64,000 bases of DNA from Novakomyces olei (lineage: Eukaryota), in contig JADEYG010000007.1 in the NCBI GenBank assembly GCA_016906335.1, positions 868,001 to 932,000 on the forward strand. The letters run 5' to 3'. Position numbers and translations under genes: made by a program. A model generated the notes under the pieces. It was not told the DNA's origin. It searched no databases and was given only the letters and a program-made list of their open reading frames with translations. How positions within the stretch are numbered: position 1 is the stretch's first letter; every line of letters starts with the position of its first letter. This document shows positions 60,687 to 64,000 of the stretch, piece after piece.

Positions 60687-61901
60687 CTACTCCCGCACCC
60701 AAATTGCTGCCGCCGCCTGCCCCGTACCAACACACATGCTAGTAACTCCAATTTGTTTCCCGAGCTCCTTCAGCTCAGACAAAAGGGTCACCGGCAAGCG
60801 AGCACCCGTAGCGCCCACTGGATGACCGAGAGCGATGGCGCCTCCGCGCGGGTTATACTTTTCGTCCGGGATGCCCAGTTTCTTTTGACAATAAACACTC
60901 ATACTAGCAAATGCTTCATTGATCTCGTAAACGTCCACGTCCTGTACACTAATACCCACCCTTTCCAGCAGCTGAGGGATGGCAATACTGGGCCCAATGC
61001 CCATGATACGTGGAGCCAGTCCACTGACTGTAGTTGTTACATACTTTCCCAGTATCGGCAGACTCAGCGCTTCTGCAGTCGATCGGCGCATCAATACCAG
61101 TGCAGCTGCTCCGTCTGTTATTTGGCTCGCATTGCCGCCCGTTGTAGTTTCACCCCACTGAGGGAAAGCAGGCCGTACCCGCGCCAAAGCTTCTGCGGTA
61201 GTGCCCTTGCGAACGCCATCGTCAGCCGAGGCAACTTCACCATCTTCAGTATGGATAGGCACAATCTCCTCAACAGTAGCACCACTAGCCTGAGCTGCTT
61301 CTGCTCGGTTAAAGGAACGCGCAGCAAACGCGTCCATTTCCACACGCGTAACGTGAAAGTCACGTGCTACATTTTCAGACGTCCAACCCATCGGCTCTGC
61401 ACAGTCTCGTGATTGTGCACAGGCACTTACTGCTTCACTAAACTCTGGCGGCGCCGGATCAGCGTCAAACGACATACTCTCTGCACCCATAGCAATTCCG
61501 ATATCTATTTCCCCGGCTTTAATTTCGTTGGCAACGGACTGGATTGCCATTAGACCGGAAGAACAGAAGCGGTTTATTGTCTGTACTGGCGTTGTATCGG
61601 GGAAACCGGCCGCTAATGCCGCAGCCCGAGCTAAATAGGCGGCTTTTCCGTTGAGCACATTGCCCACTGTAATCCGTTCCACTTTAGCAGGAGCGACTCC
61701 GCTCCTATCCCGCACCTGCACTAGCAGCTCTAGTATAATTCGATCCAACGGTGTGTTGGCCAAGGAGCCTTTGCCGCTCCGGCAAAAGGGCGTACGGAGA
61801 GCTGTAGTGACTACTATATCATCTGCACTTTTTTCAAGCAGACGCGAACGGCCTGAAGCTGGTTTCAGGTGATCGAGAAACTGAGAAAGACGTTCTGCCA
61901 T
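60687..61901 (-). CDS. POT1: Peroxisomal 3-ketoacyl-CoA thiolase
   Basis: PTS2 RLSQFLDHL, NRFCSSGL, GNASQITDGAA, EINEAFAS, GAIALGHP.GATG and SMCVGTG. Confidence 0.94.
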   Translation of the reverse strand: MAERLSQFLDHLKPASGRSRLLEKSADDIVVTTALRTPFCRSGKGSLANTPLDRIILELLVQVRDRSGVAPAKVERITVGNVLNGKAAYLARAAALAAGFPDTTPVQTINRFCSSGLMAIQSVANEIKAGEIDIGIAMGAESMSFDADPAPPEFSEAVSACAQSRDCAEPMGWTSENVARDFHVTRVEMDAFAARSFNRAEAAQASGATVEEIVPIHTEDGEVASADDGVRKGTTAEALARVRPAFPQWGETTTGGNASQITDGAAALVLMRRSTAEALSLPILGKYVTTTVSGLAPRIMGIGPSIAIPQLLERVGISVQDVDVYEINEAFASMSVYCQKKLGIPDEKYNPRGGAIALGHPVGATGARLPVTLLSELKELGKQIGVTSMCVGTGQAAAAIWVRE

Positions 61902-62097
61902 TGCTCTATTGTTTGCAAAATCAAGATTGTTTGCAAGTTTCTGGGGCAAAGGTAATGATTTATTGTCTTTATTTAATACCCCATTAAAGTTACCGAGGGT
62001 TTGCGGGGCGACGTTGAGTAAGTAATAGTATGGGAGTGTATGACTGAAGGCGAAAAGAACTGAGACTAGAACTGATGATGATAATACTGAGAATAAT

Positions 62098-62134
62098 AAT
62101 TAATTAATTAATTAATTAATTAATTAATTAATTA
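62098..62134. repeat. (TTAA)n microsatellite
   Basis: Directly visible. Confidence 0.9.
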
Positions 62135-62304
62135 AATAAAAAATCAACTAATTAATTATTAAAGTGCAATAGCTACAACTATAGTGTCCATGGACTTAAT
62201 ACTATCGGATGCAATTTCATATGTAATAGTAAATTCAATGCGCGCAGAAAACAGTTCTATCATGTATCAAACGTCTGTAGGCAATGCATTTTATCATGAA
62301 TGTA

Positions 62305-64000
62305 TCAAAGATCCCAAGCTACTCCGGCGAGTCCTGAAAGCAGCATGTAATACCACGCGAGACTGGCGCCATCGTCAATAAATGCTGATGTTCCCTGCGG
62401 CCCCATTTTTTTCTCAGCCTGTTGCAGTAAACTGTAAGCCTCCTGAGGTCTAGAAATTCCGAGGTTTGTGATGAGTACGGACCACCAGCCGTGCATGACC
62501 TCGGGCAAAAGACGTCCCTTTGTCTTTTCAACAATAATAGCCCATTCACGCTCTACGTATCCCTTATTACGCATATATACGGAGACAGGAAGGAGTGGAA
62601 GCATATGGATCCCGTGTATGAACTCTGTATTGATACCGAAATAAGTGGCATAATCAATCTTGTTCATAAATCGTATACCACAAACCATATTACGACGGTA
62701 AAACGCCTCCGGGAAGAACCGTTCCGGCCGAGCATAATCGAGTTGGTAATAAATCTGATTGCTGTGTTGCAGTATGGCCAATTGCACGGCCGCACGTGCC
62801 TCTATAACTGTGTCGCCCACGACTTGGCCCCACAGTTTTTGAGCGTAGACTGACATGTAATCTTCAGAGCTGGATTCCTGGTCTTTTCCATCGCCCGACT
62901 GTGTGATGCCCTGGGCCCACGAATGGCCGTTGTACCAGTCAAAGGACCTGGAGGCAGGAAAAGCAGTGTCTGTCTCTGATATATTAGCATAATCACGAAG
63001 TAATAGAGAGATCCATGGCCGGCAGACTTGAGCAAGAGCAGGGTCCAGTCTCACTGCAATTGCTGCGGCATAGACATAATATCCAAAGTGGAAATGATGG
63101 TCATTGTAAATGCCATTGCCGAAATCTGCACCAGGATCGTGCATGCCCTGCGTAGAGACAATCCCCCTGAACCTGTCGTCATACACAAGTGGACTATTGT
63201 CCGATTTATTAGCGGACAAGAGAGCAAACTCATGTCTCAAGGCTTCCATGGCCGACTGGTAAAGATCATTCAGGCCGACCGCGTGAGCCAACTGGCAAAG
63301 CTGTGCGAACCTCGCCAGTACTTTACCGGAAAAGTACCAACTGTGCCTGTTGCAAATCCCCCCACCGCCACTGGGGATTTTTAGTTCTATGCTGACCATC
63401 CGCCGAACATCTTGATAGGCGTTTTTTATATCGTCAACGCCCTCTGTCTCCCTGGCCGGGTCAGTTTGGTTTGCGGGACCAAAGCTGAGCGCGGAGGGCA
63501 CTGTGTGTTCAAAGGACCAGACATTGCCACTGATGCCACGGCCGTACCCAGAGGTGGGGGTAAACAGCTGCAGATCTGTTTGCTTTGCCCCCACCAGAGA
63601 CGGGGTCTGGTGGGGTAAAGCAAAGAGCAAAAGAGGCCTTGATGCATCACGCAAGGGCCCGGCAGCCGTCCAATTAAACTCGTAGGCAGCACGTGATCCA
63701 TGGACCCGGCCGGTAAGTTTGCAGCCGGCCGGATAAACGCCTGCGTGCTGATCGTAAACGGATTCAACATTGGGATTGTCCTTTGGCACTTTGGCAAACT
63801 GCACAAGACCAGAGAACCCAGATCCCTGCATTAACAGGCGCGAGCCTTGGCTAATGGCGAATTTGGGAGCAGGACGGCCATCCTCGCTAATGACGTACAC
63901 GACACAGATCTCTCCACTATTTAAACGGACACGGTACTTGTTACCGGACTGAGAGGCGGACCAGGGCAAATTCTCGAGGGACAGGATAGCGTGAGAGGTG
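62305..64000 (-). CDS. GH81 endo-1,3-beta-glucanase (Eng1/Acf2 family), 5' part outside the window
   Basis: YFSGK.LA, DFGNGIYNDHHFHFGYY, RSFDWYNGHSWAQG, DGKDQESSSED and HGIHMLP. Catalytic residues intact. Confidence 0.95.
   Translation of the reverse strand, partial: TSHAILSLENLPWSASQSGNKYRVRLNSGEICVVYVISEDGRPAPKFAISQGSRLLMQGSGFSGLVQFAKVPKDNPNVESVYDQHAGVYPAGCKLTGRVHGSRAAYEFNWTAAGPLRDASRPLLLFALPHQTPSLVGAKQTDLQLFTPTSGYGRGISGNVWSFEHTVPSALSFGPANQTDPARETEGVDDIKNAYQDVRRMVSIELKIPSGGGGICNRHSWYFSGKVLARFAQLCQLAHAVGLNDLYQSAMEALRHEFALLSANKSDNSPLVYDDRFRGIVSTQGMHDPGADFGNGIYNDHHFHFGYYVYAAAIAVRLDPALAQVCRPWISLLLRDYANISETDTAFPASRSFDWYNGHSWAQGITQSGDGKDQESSSEDYMSVYAQKLWGQVVGDTVIEARAAVQLAILQHSNQIYYQLDYARPERFFPEAFYRRNMVCGIRFMNKIDYATYFGINTEFIHGIHMLPLLPVSVYMRNKGYVEREWAIIVEKTKGRLLPEVMHGWWSVLITNLGISRPQEAYSLLQQAEKKMGPQGTSAFIDDGASLAWYYMLLSGLAGVAWDL

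Overview
This is a eukaryotic, gene-dense window from an ascomycete fungus with short GT-AG introns. An S. pombe Pac1-like RNase III and a U1:A72 initiator tRNA suggest Taphrinomycotina, which is an inference. About 24 protein-coding loci are recognisable: RPA1, Rid1-like, VAC7, WEE1, GND1, YPL162C/STIMATE-like, Sim3/NASP, Pac1/Rnt1, DPB2, flavocytochrome b2-like, an orphan coiled-coil, RPC1, SEY1, ZNF277-like, PFK2/FBPase2, RCF2, a kelch protein, DUF202, ERV1, RPN12, a Pho80-like cyclin, two GH81 glucanases and a peroxisomal thiolase. There is also one tRNA-iMet. The most unusual structure is a ~6 kb gene-free interval (2168-8336) holding three different tandem arrays: a 72/144-bp MCB/CRE-rich hairpin array followed by a TATA box, a 167-bp palindrome-rich satellite with a 941-bp higher-order repeat, and a 169-bp CACGTG repeat. 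It is a candidate centromere and/or a regulated repeat lncRNA unit. Other highlights are a 2-nt and a 5-nt micro-exon, an RNase III gene frameshifted at its catalytic signature, a secreted catalytically dead and frameshifted GH81 near an intact one, a 17-Cys (NNC)n insert inside the Wee1 kinase domain, long (AAT)n tracts just upstream of start codons, and frequent AAG splice acceptors. All calls come from manual reading and no database searches were run.
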